Assembly: GCA_024626585.2 (NCBI GenBank)
Contig: JANKJI020000001.1
Span: 7,974,378-7,993,390 of the forward strand
From: Ginkgo biloba
Lineage: Eukaryota; Plantae; Ginkgophyta
Direction: 5' to 3'
DNA: 19,013 nucleotides
The translations under genes and the position numbers were made by a program. Position 1 is the first letter of the stretch; the number at the start of each line of letters is the position of its first letter. Below are positions 1 to 9,016 of this stretch, piece after piece. Under the pieces are notes generated by a model, which searched no databases, was not told the DNA's origin, and saw nothing but the letters and a program-made list of their open reading frames with translations.

Positions 1-1
1 G

Positions 2-536
2 AGGCATCAAGCTTATCATAACCAACGCCCTGGGCCTGCTGGCGATCATTCAGGCCCCAAGTTGGAGCTCCCTTCAAGCCAATCGGTTGGGTCTGCAGGA
101 AGTGCAGACACACCCAAGTCCAAAATATCCAGTCCTTTTTCTTCCTTGGTTCTTTCCAACCGTTTACTATCAGAGGCAGAAAGCTATGGTTCCAACAACA
201 ATAATAATAATACTGAAAATAATAATATTAATAATGCAGGCCTTCTTGAAGCTCTTCTTCAGAAAGCGCAGAGTGCGAATTATGTAGATGAAGTTGTTGA
301 GGAAAGGAAGCCAGAAATCGTCGACCAGATGTTGGCACCCATATCCGACTACATTAGCACCCTTGCTGCCCATGTGCCCACGGGGCTGATGGAAAATCAA
401 TGGGACGACGACCACAAAGACACCACCACTGCCTCCACTCTGGAAAACTGTGCATTCTCTTCCTTTACAGGCGAATCCACGAAATCCAACTGTGATGGAA
501 ATCAGTGGGATTCACAATCCCACGCTCATATGCAGG
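2..536 (+). CDS. GAMYB: GAMYB-like R2R3-MYB transcription factor (MYB33/65/101 clade), penultimate coding exon, 5'-truncated by the window edge
   Basis: Frame is open from base 2 (RHQAYHNQRPGPAGDHSGPKLELPSSQ...). It contains KLELPSSQ (the miR159-site peptide), the box-2-like NAGLLEALLQKAQ, and QWD...QG before a phase-1 donor CAGG|GTGAGT at 536/537. The MYB domain lies upstream of the window. Confidence 0.88.
63..83 (+). promoter_or_regulatory. miR159/miR319-family target site
   Basis: TGGAGCTCCCTTCAAGCCAAT against miR159 UUUGGAUUGAAGGGAGCUCUA pairs throughout except mismatches at miRNA positions 1 and 6 and a G:U at 20. It sits in the canonical ELPSxQ context. Confidence 0.9.
194..235 (+). 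repeat. Imperfect (AAT/AAC)n coding microsatellite encoding an Asn-rich tract
   Basis: aacaacaataataataatactgaaaataataatattaataat = NNNNNNTENNNINN. Confidence 0.8.
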
Positions 537-627
537 GTGAGTGTGTGTTCATTAATCATTCAATTTTTTTTTTATTCTCTTAACCCCACACCCACCCCCC
601 CACCGCAATAAATATTCNNNNNNNNNN

Positions 628-658
<31 letters not shown>

Positions 659-699
659 TTCTGTATGTTATAAAAATCGTTTTTTTTAATAATCAACAG
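537..699 (+). other. GT-AG spliceosomal intron, phase 1
   Basis: GTGAGT donor, T-rich tract, CAG acceptor; splicing joins two GAMYB-motif frames. Contains a 10-N gap and an A28 run, so the true length is uncertain. Confidence 0.85.
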
Positions 700-1070
700 G
701 TACGGAGATAAAGTCGGAGGAGCTTGTAAAATCTCAGCCCGCAGCGGAATACACAGACGAAGAGATTACAACTCTGTTGGACTTTGCAAAGCCTGATCCG
801 GTCACTCTGCCAGAATGGTACAGCTCATCCCCTCTCAACTGTGCGATTTACAACGCCACTCCATGCTCCGTTCCAGATGCAATTAACGCAGTATTACATG
901 AAGATTTGGACGAGTCTCTGCAAACCATGTCAGTGTCAATTAATCACTGCTTGTGGGAGCTTGGAAATTGCTGCTGGAACAACATGCCCGGTGTCTGTCA
1001 GCTCAGTGATCACTCTCGTAATCACAATCCCACCACACAAGAACTCAACGATTCATGCCCCATCTACTGA
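700..1070 (+). CDS. GAMYB: GAMYB-like transcription factor, last coding exon
   Basis: Acceptor tttttttaataatcaacAG|G at 699/700 restores the frame: G-TEIKSEELVKSQPAAEYTDEEITTLLDFAKPDPVTLPEWY...WELGNCCWNNMPGVCQLSDH... PEWY and WNNMPxVCQ are characteristic of GAMYB C-termini. Stop TGA at 1068-1070. Confidence 0.88.
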
Positions 1071-1090
1071 AATTCCTACACGCTGTCAAT

Positions 1091-1096
1091 AATAAA
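1091..1096 (+). promoter_or_regulatory. Candidate polyadenylation near-upstream element
   Basis: AATAAA 20 nt after the stop codon, followed by TG-rich sequence. Weak evidence in AT-rich DNA. Confidence 0.3.
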
Positions 1097-2516
1097 TTCT
1101 TATGTTTGTGGGTTGATTGCATCATGTAATTTCAATTTATAAGCTTGATAAATTTATTGTTTCGGTAGCAGCTGTGTGAGGATATTGTTGCAGTAGAAGA
1201 AGAGTTAAAGGAGTTTTCTATATACGTATGCAGCAAGGCTGGATGGCACCCTTCATTATATAACTAGTCTGTACACATTTTCAAAACATCTGAAAATGTT
1301 GCAAAATCTATTTTTTTGTTATTTATTCTTATTTATTTATATAAACTATTTTTCTGTATAAGATTTACTCTCCGACTTCCTCTGTTTCAGGATGGATGCA
1401 ATTAAGAATCTGTAGGATATTTCACTAAAAAAATAATAATCAAGTAATAGAGAGAATAAGAGTTCAAAATTGATAACAACGCGTTATATGTGCAAGAGGA
1501 ATTTTCGTTGTGTGTAGGTTCAGGGTGGAGAAATTCGCTACTGTGTCTCTAATTATAGGCAGTGGAATTTGGAGGATTAATTACCAAGAGCATTTTTGGG
1601 GTGCTAAACAGCTGGCTAAAACGTGATTTAAAAATGGGTGATGGTTAATTACTTGAGTTTGGAGGTCTAAATTAGGAGACGAATGCGGTAAAAAGTGGAA
1701 TTTACAAGAGGGAGGAATGTTTCATTTAAGTGAATATAGGCGCGTGGATTAATTTTGAAATTATGGCGTGCATGGATGAAATGGGCGACGAGATGGAATG
1801 AATGAGTGGCGGTGATTCGTCGGGAGTAAATTGCGGTGACCCACGGTAGTGGCCGCCGGCATTGGCGGTTCCGATGCCGCCGGAATTTATTCCATTCTTC
1901 AAAGTGATTATGAGTTTTGTAGCACGCAACTGCCAGACGGTATGTTGTGTGCTCCTGAAAAATATTAGCAGTTGCCTAGTCACACAATCTTTACTCTCCT
2001 CCTCCCATGAAATGAGATATACTCTGTCCTTGTAGGAGTGGATGTCTTTACTCATGATGACTATTTCATCCCGCCTCTTTTTTGAGTGGTTGATAGCTTT
2101 TGTGTATACCTCGTCGTCTAACCATCCGGCACATGTGAAGCAAAGACGATGTCACAAGAGATTATGGGACATGTGGATGGGGCCCATTATTCTTACATGT
2201 TGCCTATAGGAGGACACTCTTATCCTCAAATAATTGCAATATGGTGTCCTTCCACTTTTACAACACTCAACCCATTTCTATGTAAGCCCATACATAAAAT
2301 CTTGAAAGGAAAGTAGGAATATCTTCCCATTTTTATTACCTTTTGCAAAAGTTTTGGCTTAATTGAATGCCACCACTCGATTTTCTTTTTCAAAATAGAA
2401 TTTGCATTTTGTTTCTAGCATTGATTAGTTGATACAAGGTTCTTCATTGTAAATATCTACTTGTGGATGTGGGCATATGTATATGTGGTAGGTTTAAGTC
2501 ATACATCTTGATTTTG

Positions 2517-2568
2517 GATGGTTGGGGATGTGTTAAATTTTGATGGTTGGGGATGTGTTAAATTTTGA
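2517..2568. repeat. Perfect 25-bp tandem duplication
   Basis: gatggttggggatgtgttaaatttt occurs at 2517-2541 and 2542-2566, followed by a partial third copy (ga). Confidence 0.9.
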
Positions 2569-4287
2569 ACGAGTCAAAATGTGGACGTGAGGGTGAATGT
2601 GAATGTGAGNNNNNNNNNNNNNNNNNNNNNNNNNNNNNNNNNNNNNNNNNNNNNNNNNNNNNNNNNNNNNNNNNNNNNNNNNNNNNNNNNNNNNNNNNNN
2701 NNNNNNNNNTTGTTTATTTATTTATCTATAGTAGACCTTACATATTCATCTGCACACATAGCACCCCTTTCACACATGCATCCACAAGTTTGCGGTACTC
2801 CAGAGAATAGCCCTGTACCTCTCAACTATTGGGCCAATCATTTCGGTTGAGTTGGGAGGAGAAGAACTATTCTTCAGTCTACATATTGTAGTTGTGTCTC
2901 CTCCCTCTTGATCTTTAATAGTTTAGAGGTATCACATAGAATGATTGTTATGCATAACAATATTTACCTTCATTGGATGTTTTTATAGGGATTATAGCTT
3001 TTAGTGCATCATTCCTCAGTTGCCTAGTTTTACCAACAACTGTTGTATAATGCTTTGACTCTTCTCCATAGATATCAATTGCCTCCCACCATAGTAAGTT
3101 CAACAATAATATCAACAACCATCATGATTATCATAGCATGCACATAATGCTTCATCACCAATTTTTTCCTACACAACTTTACAATTCATCTACTACTCTC
3201 ATTTCCCTCTTCTCATTGATCACAATTATGTTTATGCTGCTTCGTCTCTCATCCATAATTACTCCACATATGCGTCTCATTTTTCAGGGCTCGAGTAGAT
3301 CCCATCACAACATACTTACATCGTCATCCACTCATTCAAAAAATTAGTAGTCTTTTCTTTGGTACCCATGTCCCATTCGAGCGACTCCTATCCACAACCA
3401 TGTGGTCTTAACCATATCACTCATATAACATATATGATTGCTTATTTCTCATAGGATGACATAAAGAGAGATTTTATCATTTGCATATGTAACTATATAT
3501 ATTAAAAAAAGAGAGGTATATCATATTATATTATTACTTTAGTTTTATGCATTTGGTATATACCATATTGCATTCATAATGACTACAAGTTTATTGCAAT
3601 ACAATATACTAATCAATATTACCTATATTGGATTCAATCCTACTATTTATTAAGATTTTATTATATAACATAGCCAATTTCTTTCTAATGCAATCTATAG
3701 ACACCCTAAATCNNNNNNNNNNNNNNNNNNNNNNNNNNNNNNNNNNNNNNNNNNNNNNNNNNNNNNNNNNNNNNNNNNNNNNNNNNNNNNNNNNNNNNNN
3801 NNNNNNNNNNNNNNNNNNNNNNNNNNNNNNNNNNNNNNNNNNNNNNNNNNNNNNNNNNNNNNNNNNNNNNNNNNNNNNNNNNNNNNNNNNNNNNNNNNNN
3901 NNNNNNNNNNNNNNNNNNNNNNNNNNNNNNNNNNNNNNNNNNNNNNNNNNNNNNNNNNNNNNNNNNNNNNNNNNNNNNNNNNNNNNNNNNNNNNNNNNNN
4001 NNNNNNNNNNNNNNNNNNNNNNNNNNNNNNNNNNNNNNNNNNNNNNNNNNNNNNNNNNNNNNNNNNNNNNNNNNNNNNNNNNNNNNNNNNNNNNNNNNNN
4101 NNNNNNNNNNNNNNNNNNNNNNNNNNNNNNNNNNNNNNNNNNNNNNNNNNNNNNNNNNNNNNNNNNNNNNNNNNNNNNNNNNNNNNNNNNNNNNNNNNNN
4201 NNNNNNNNNNNNNNNNNNNNNNNNNNNNNNNNNNNNNNNNNNNNNNNNNNNNNNNNNNNNNNNNNNNNNNNNNNNNNNNNNNNNNNN

Positions 4288-4379
4288 TTCTTTTGCATCT
4301 TTGATTTTTCTAAGCGAAGGTAAAAGGAACCTGTGTACATTGGCACGCCCGGTGGGACTCGAACCCACAGTCGCCTGAT
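4288..4379 (+). mobile_element. 3' end of a 5' LTR plus tRNA-Arg PBS, probably an Ogre/Tat-type Ty3/Gypsy element
   Basis: ...ctgtgtaCA (4339), 1-nt spacer, then TGGCACGCCCGGTGGGAC. tRNA-Arg priming is typical of Ogre elements. The rest of the LTR falls in the N gap and no pol is visible. Confidence 0.6.
4341..4379 (-). tRNA. 3' half (positions 38-76, with CCA) of a mature tRNA-Arg(UCU)-like sequence; a fragment, not a functional tRNA gene
   Basis: Minus strand reads ATCAGGCGACTGTGGGTTCGAGTCCCACCGGGCGTGCCA, with a perfect T-stem GTGGG/CCCAC, TTCGAGT loop and encoded CCA. The anticodon and D arm are absent, so the Arg(UCU) call rests on recalled similarity to plant tRNA-Arg(UCU). Confidence 0.75.
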
Positions 4380-6861
4380 ACAGTTGAGATTAATCTTGAT
4401 TTATTTGGGATTTTTTTTTGATAACTAGTTTCGTGGTAGCTGCATATTCATAAATTAGATTGCGATCCCCTTAGTTGGGAATTTTGACCATTTTTGTTGA
4501 TTTTTGGCATTCATTTTTTATTTTTTGAACATGAACATTCCTATTCTGTATTTTTGGACATTTTTTCTCGCTTGGAACAACGTTTTCTATCACATAGTTT
4601 AATGATTCTGTGCTCTATTATTTCTGAACAATGGTGTTTTTGCTGAATGATGGCATTTTGCGCTAAACATTGGCATTTCGATCCTAATCGCTGGCTATGC
4701 ATACCTTTGGCATTTTTTTTATACATATCTTTAGTGTTTATGTCATTAATATTTTTGTATAGGCCTCTAGCATTTCTACTCTGACTATCAACATTTTTGC
4801 TCAATGTTTTAACATTTTTATTTTTAGTTTTTTAACTTGCAGAAAACATCGTGTGATGAAGACCTAGACACTAAAACTACTAACTTGTGTTGTGTAACTA
4901 CCCTGAAAGAAGATAAAAAATCAAATAAAACGCATAAGCATTATAGCACAAATAGTAAATCATTTATTTATTTATTTTTTAAATCAATTTACTTTCTTTT
5001 ATAATTTTTTTTTTGTGTGTGTATATAACTGAGATCGCATATTATCTTCTCTTGCACTGTGAAGTGATCTTAAGAATAAAAAATGACTCATCTACTTTTG
5101 TTTATCCCCTTTCGAAGCCTAGTCCGCATATGCTCTTTCCTTGTGCTACATAGCTATCTAGGAAATAAGAAATGACTGGTCTTTTTATTTTCTATTCTTT
5201 AGGGTCTGAGGACTTGGATTTTATCACCAAGCGTTAACCAAAGCTTGTGTTTTGGTGGGCTATACAAATTCCAAGGAGGAGTTGTTATTATTAGCTAGGT
5301 AGTTTCATGTTTTAAGCGCATTGTGAAGTGAGGGATACTGTTCCAGTACCCAAGCCTTAGAAAATACCCTAGTGTGATGGATTTGGGCCTCATGTACCAA
5401 ATGTTATATCGAGAAATCCCTTAGAAAGCCTATATAAACCTAGATTAGGAGCCATTGGGCCGTAATCGTATAGTGGTGTTAGGAAAATAGCATTCCCTAA
5501 GATCACCCACTTTTACCCTTGAGTTATACTTGTGGTCTACTATCTGGTTGAACTCTCGCTTGACTATCATAGGGTGTTATTTCATGTGTGTCATTACTAT
5601 CTCTTGTGTGTAAATTGGTCTAAAAAGAAAAATCAATGGNNNNNNNNNNNNNNNNNNNNNNNNNNNNNNNNNNNNNNNNNNNNNNNNNNNNNNNNNNNNN
5701 NNNNNNNNNNNNNNNNNNNNNNNNNNNNNNNNNNNNNNNAAAAAAATTCTTTGGGCCCCCCCTGGACCCCTTGGTGACACTAGTTGGGGGGGAAGCCCTC
5801 CCACACCCCACCTTGTAAAGAATTGGGATCCAAACAAAGCTGAAACAAGACCTCTGAGTCAGGAAGATAATCAGGCTCCATAACCAACACATGGTTTTGG
5901 GAAAAAAGTTGGATTTTCTTGGCAATTAAACAATCACCCTCCATAACTGCATGCCGCTAAAATCTTCCACAAAAAAATCTTGAGAAGCCATAATTCTTTA
6001 ATAAATACGATCAAATCCACACAATGAAGGAGGTCTTCACTTGGTAAGTGAAGGTATTGTTCTTTCTCCTTTATTAACTTAATCTAAGGTTGGTGTTTTG
6101 ATTTAGAGTAGGAGTTTGGTATTGTTCTTAGTTTTCTTTCATAGCTCTAGATATTAGCATAAACAAAATCCTTGTTCCATCACTCCAAAATTCTATTTGT
6201 ATATAGTTTTCCCATTACATCTCTCAACATTCTATGATTTATTCTTCTTCATCATAGAATCACTTTTTCATTGGGTTTTGGAATTGAGGGCATCATTTCC
6301 CATTATCTGATATATGTAGTCATTTCAATACTTCACCAATAATAATATTTACTTCAATGTGATTTCATATCCCACTCTCATTTGTTCTAGTGCCTATAAC
6401 ACCGATGTTACACTTGTAGTGCCTATTCAAGGTGGCAATCCATCACATAGTTCCAAAGCTATAAGGATGAATCTAGAATATCCCTCATACTCCTTGACCA
6501 TTTGATTATATACAATTATCACTACAAGTGTTAGATCATGCTCCATTCAATATTACAACAACGGATTGACGATGTGCATCTTTTTTTAGCTTTATTTATT
6601 TTTTTCTTTGTTTTCTTGATGATACATATCAATAAGACATTGTTATAAATGTTCACATATATATTAATTTATTGCAATATTCCATTTTTATTTACACATC
6701 ATTCCCTGAGGATAGGAAGCATCCATACCTGTGTGGATCCATTTGATCAAATATTTTATGCATGAGTATGGGACATGTCTAGTACCATGCCTTCTTTCAT
6801 AATAAATGATAAATTCTTTTGTGAGTGTCTTCTTAATTTAGGATAATACTAAGGACAATGT

Positions 6862-6866
<5 letters not shown>

Positions 6867-6906
<40 letters not shown>
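6867..6906. repeat. (CT)20 microsatellite
   Basis: Uninterrupted CT dinucleotide run. Confidence 0.97.
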
Positions 6907-6911
<5 letters not shown>

Positions 6912-7636
6912 ATTTTGACTTACTATAATGGCCATCCTAGCATAGTGATTGTCCATCATAGGCNNNNNNNNNNNNNNNNNNNNNNNNNNNNNNNNNNNNN
7001 NNNNNNNNNNNNNNNNNNNNNNNNNNNNNNNTCCTTGGGGGGAATTCTTTTATTACCTATTTTAGCACCTATTATATCCATGCTATCCATTTAACCATAC
7101 ATGGGGATTATTCCCATGCATCACCATCTATATTATGACCACTTTCATGTCTTCTATCTGACATTGTGGAATTTTATAATTTTCCTATGGTTAACCTCAG
7201 ATAATCACTATCATCATATAATTACCCCTTGTATATAGAGATTAAAGGGGGAAATCTTCCATTACTTGATAATAGATAACTGCTTCATCATTTTTCCCCT
7301 TATGGGATGAAAAGGGGATTTTAATCCTAAATATCATCTTGAGACCTATGTCTTAACATAAGGAGAGAGAGTAGCATTCATCAATAGTATTATTCTTCTT
7401 GATGAGATTTCTCACCACATTCTATCTCATCTCGTGCTATCTCTTTTTTATGGTATGCCATATTTCTCATGATTTCTTTATGAATATGTTATATCAAGGA
7501 CACTTTTTTGCATAAAGAACCCCTATGTTATTAGTCCTTTGCATATGTTCTTGATATGTATCATATTGGGGAGTGGTACTTTCTACTAATAAGAGATTCT
7601 GATAAGAATAAGACATGTTATGACAAGTCAGAGACA

Positions 7637-8282
7637 TGTGGCCATTATAGAAACCAAGAACACAATGAAGACCATTATCTTAAGCTTCATCCAAAGAAGG
7701 CACTGAGATATCTTCATTAATAGAAGTAGAAAGAGAATAGGAGAGCACCTAAAGTAGATATTACTTCAAGAGAACACTACTTTTGATTTACCTTGTCAAC
7801 ACAAAGATAAGAGCAAGGATTAGGAGAAGCTCTTCACATTGATGTTACAAGTTAATGATATATTAGTACCAGGTATTCTTAACAGTGGTAATCAAAATAA
7901 TATGGTTTTATCTTCTATGGTACATGATTTAGGATTATATATTTAATATTATTATGATACATATGATATTAGTGCTCTAAATAGGGATGAGAGTGATCAT
8001 GTTACTTATTAGCATTGTTTCAAGTTTACTATTACTAAGGGATATCTTGATGAGGTTACCTACAATGTGGTGCCCATGTATTACACCAATATGTTACTTT
8101 AAATTCCTTTATGATTGATAGGAAGTCCAAGATTATTCCTTATCTAAGAAAGTATGAGTTGATGAAGGGAGGAGAGGATTTCATCCTCAAATCAATTCAT
8201 GTTCCTAAGCCTATAGTTTTGGCGACCTATGCATAAACTAAGTAATTGATGTAAGACTCTTGAAAGTTGGTATTGAGTATAT
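7637..8282 (+). pseudogene. Decayed Ty3/Gypsy (CRM-like chromovirus) gag zinc knuckle and aspartic protease
   Basis: CGHYRNQEHNEDHYLKLHP (7637-7693) is a CX2CX4HX4C knuckle with two TGT>TAT changes. After a frameshift: EKLFTLMLQVNDILVPGILNSGNQNNMV (DSG>NSG at 7881-7889)...GYLDEVTYNVVPM...MLL*IP, then DRK...YELMKGG. Several stop codons. Confidence 0.85.
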
Positions 8283-8413
8283 TTTAAATGGATACTAAGT
8301 CAAGTTTGGAGATACATAGATAGTTGAAGATAATTATAAGGGATAGGGTCTTCGAGAAATAGGCGAATAAGATGAGGTCTTCTACATTAAACTCATTCCT
8401 TATTGGGAGGAAG

Positions 8414-9002
8414 GGTTAGGACCCACATTATCGTAGGTAGGTTACCTTGGACTAATTTAAAAAAATGATTTGTTGCATCTATTAGAATAAGTAATGGGAT
8501 CCCTTATTTTCTTAGGTNNNNNNNNNNNNNNNNNNNNNNNNNNNNNNNNNNNNNNNNNNNNNNNNNNNNNNNNNNNNNNNNNNNNNNNNNNNNNNNNNNN
8601 NNNNNNNNNNNNNNNNNTGAATTGTACTCTAAAGATAGGGAAGGGAGACAAGCTTCCAAGAGTTATGAATATAATGTGTTATTATCCATACTATACATAT
8701 TAGAATAAATTAATGTTTACATGTTATAATTAGGTTCATAGCCTAATGTTATAGGACCTTGATATTTAATGTAACATTAAAATGTAAAAGGGGTGAGTCA
8801 TCTTAGGGTCAGTTCCTAGGGTGACACATGTTGGGAGTTATTAGACAAGTGTCAAGTATATATATATGTATCTATCTTGTGCATTTTATCAAATGAGCAT
8901 TGAGGATGGTCACGGTAAACCTATTCTACCTAAACTTGTCTTATTTCGATGTGATTTTTCATTAGTGTGGTATTATATTAATTCTATTACCTATTTTTAA
9001 CA
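8414..9002 (+). mobile_element. Probable LTR spanning a 100-N gap
   Basis: Ends ttttaaCA at 9002 directly before a PBS and has a TATA-like run near 8857-8867. The start (g)gttag follows the purine tract gggaggaag and would pair with TAACA. The 5' boundary is tentative. Confidence 0.45.
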
Positions 9003-9004
9003 TT

Positions 9005-9016
9005 TAGTATTAGAGC
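9005..9016 (+). mobile_element. Degenerate tRNA-iMet PBS
   Basis: TAGTATTAGAGC versus TGGTATCAGAGC (two transitions), 2 nt after CA. Confidence 0.65.

Noticed and set aside
62-583. 173-aa ORF as a stand-alone gene
   Set aside because: It starts at an internal TTG of a longer exon and reads into the intron; it is part of the spliced GAMYB-like CDS.
87-1092. Overlapping ORFs 87-287, 170-415(-) and 784-1092
   Set aside because: Shadow frames of the GAMYB exons with no recognisable motifs.
1867-1878. GGTTCCGATGCC as a tRNA/SINE B-box
   Set aside because: One extra base versus GGTTCGANNCC, no convincing A-box and no cloverleaf.
1726-2055. 109-aa minus-strand ORF
   Set aside because: No recognisable domain; the length is compatible with chance in the locally GC-richer sequence.
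2819-2859. Imperfect hairpin CCTCTCAACT...AGTTGGGAGG as a miRNA precursor
   Set aside because: Only about 10 good pairs; too short for a miRNA duplex.
3609-4368. Long ORFs made of X residues (also at 2565, 5532-5925, 8457-8703, 14211-14860, 17168)
   Set aside because: Artefacts of translating through N gaps.
4341-4379. Functional tRNA gene
   Set aside because: The 5' half and anticodon are missing, and CCA is encoded, which indicates a copy of mature tRNA.
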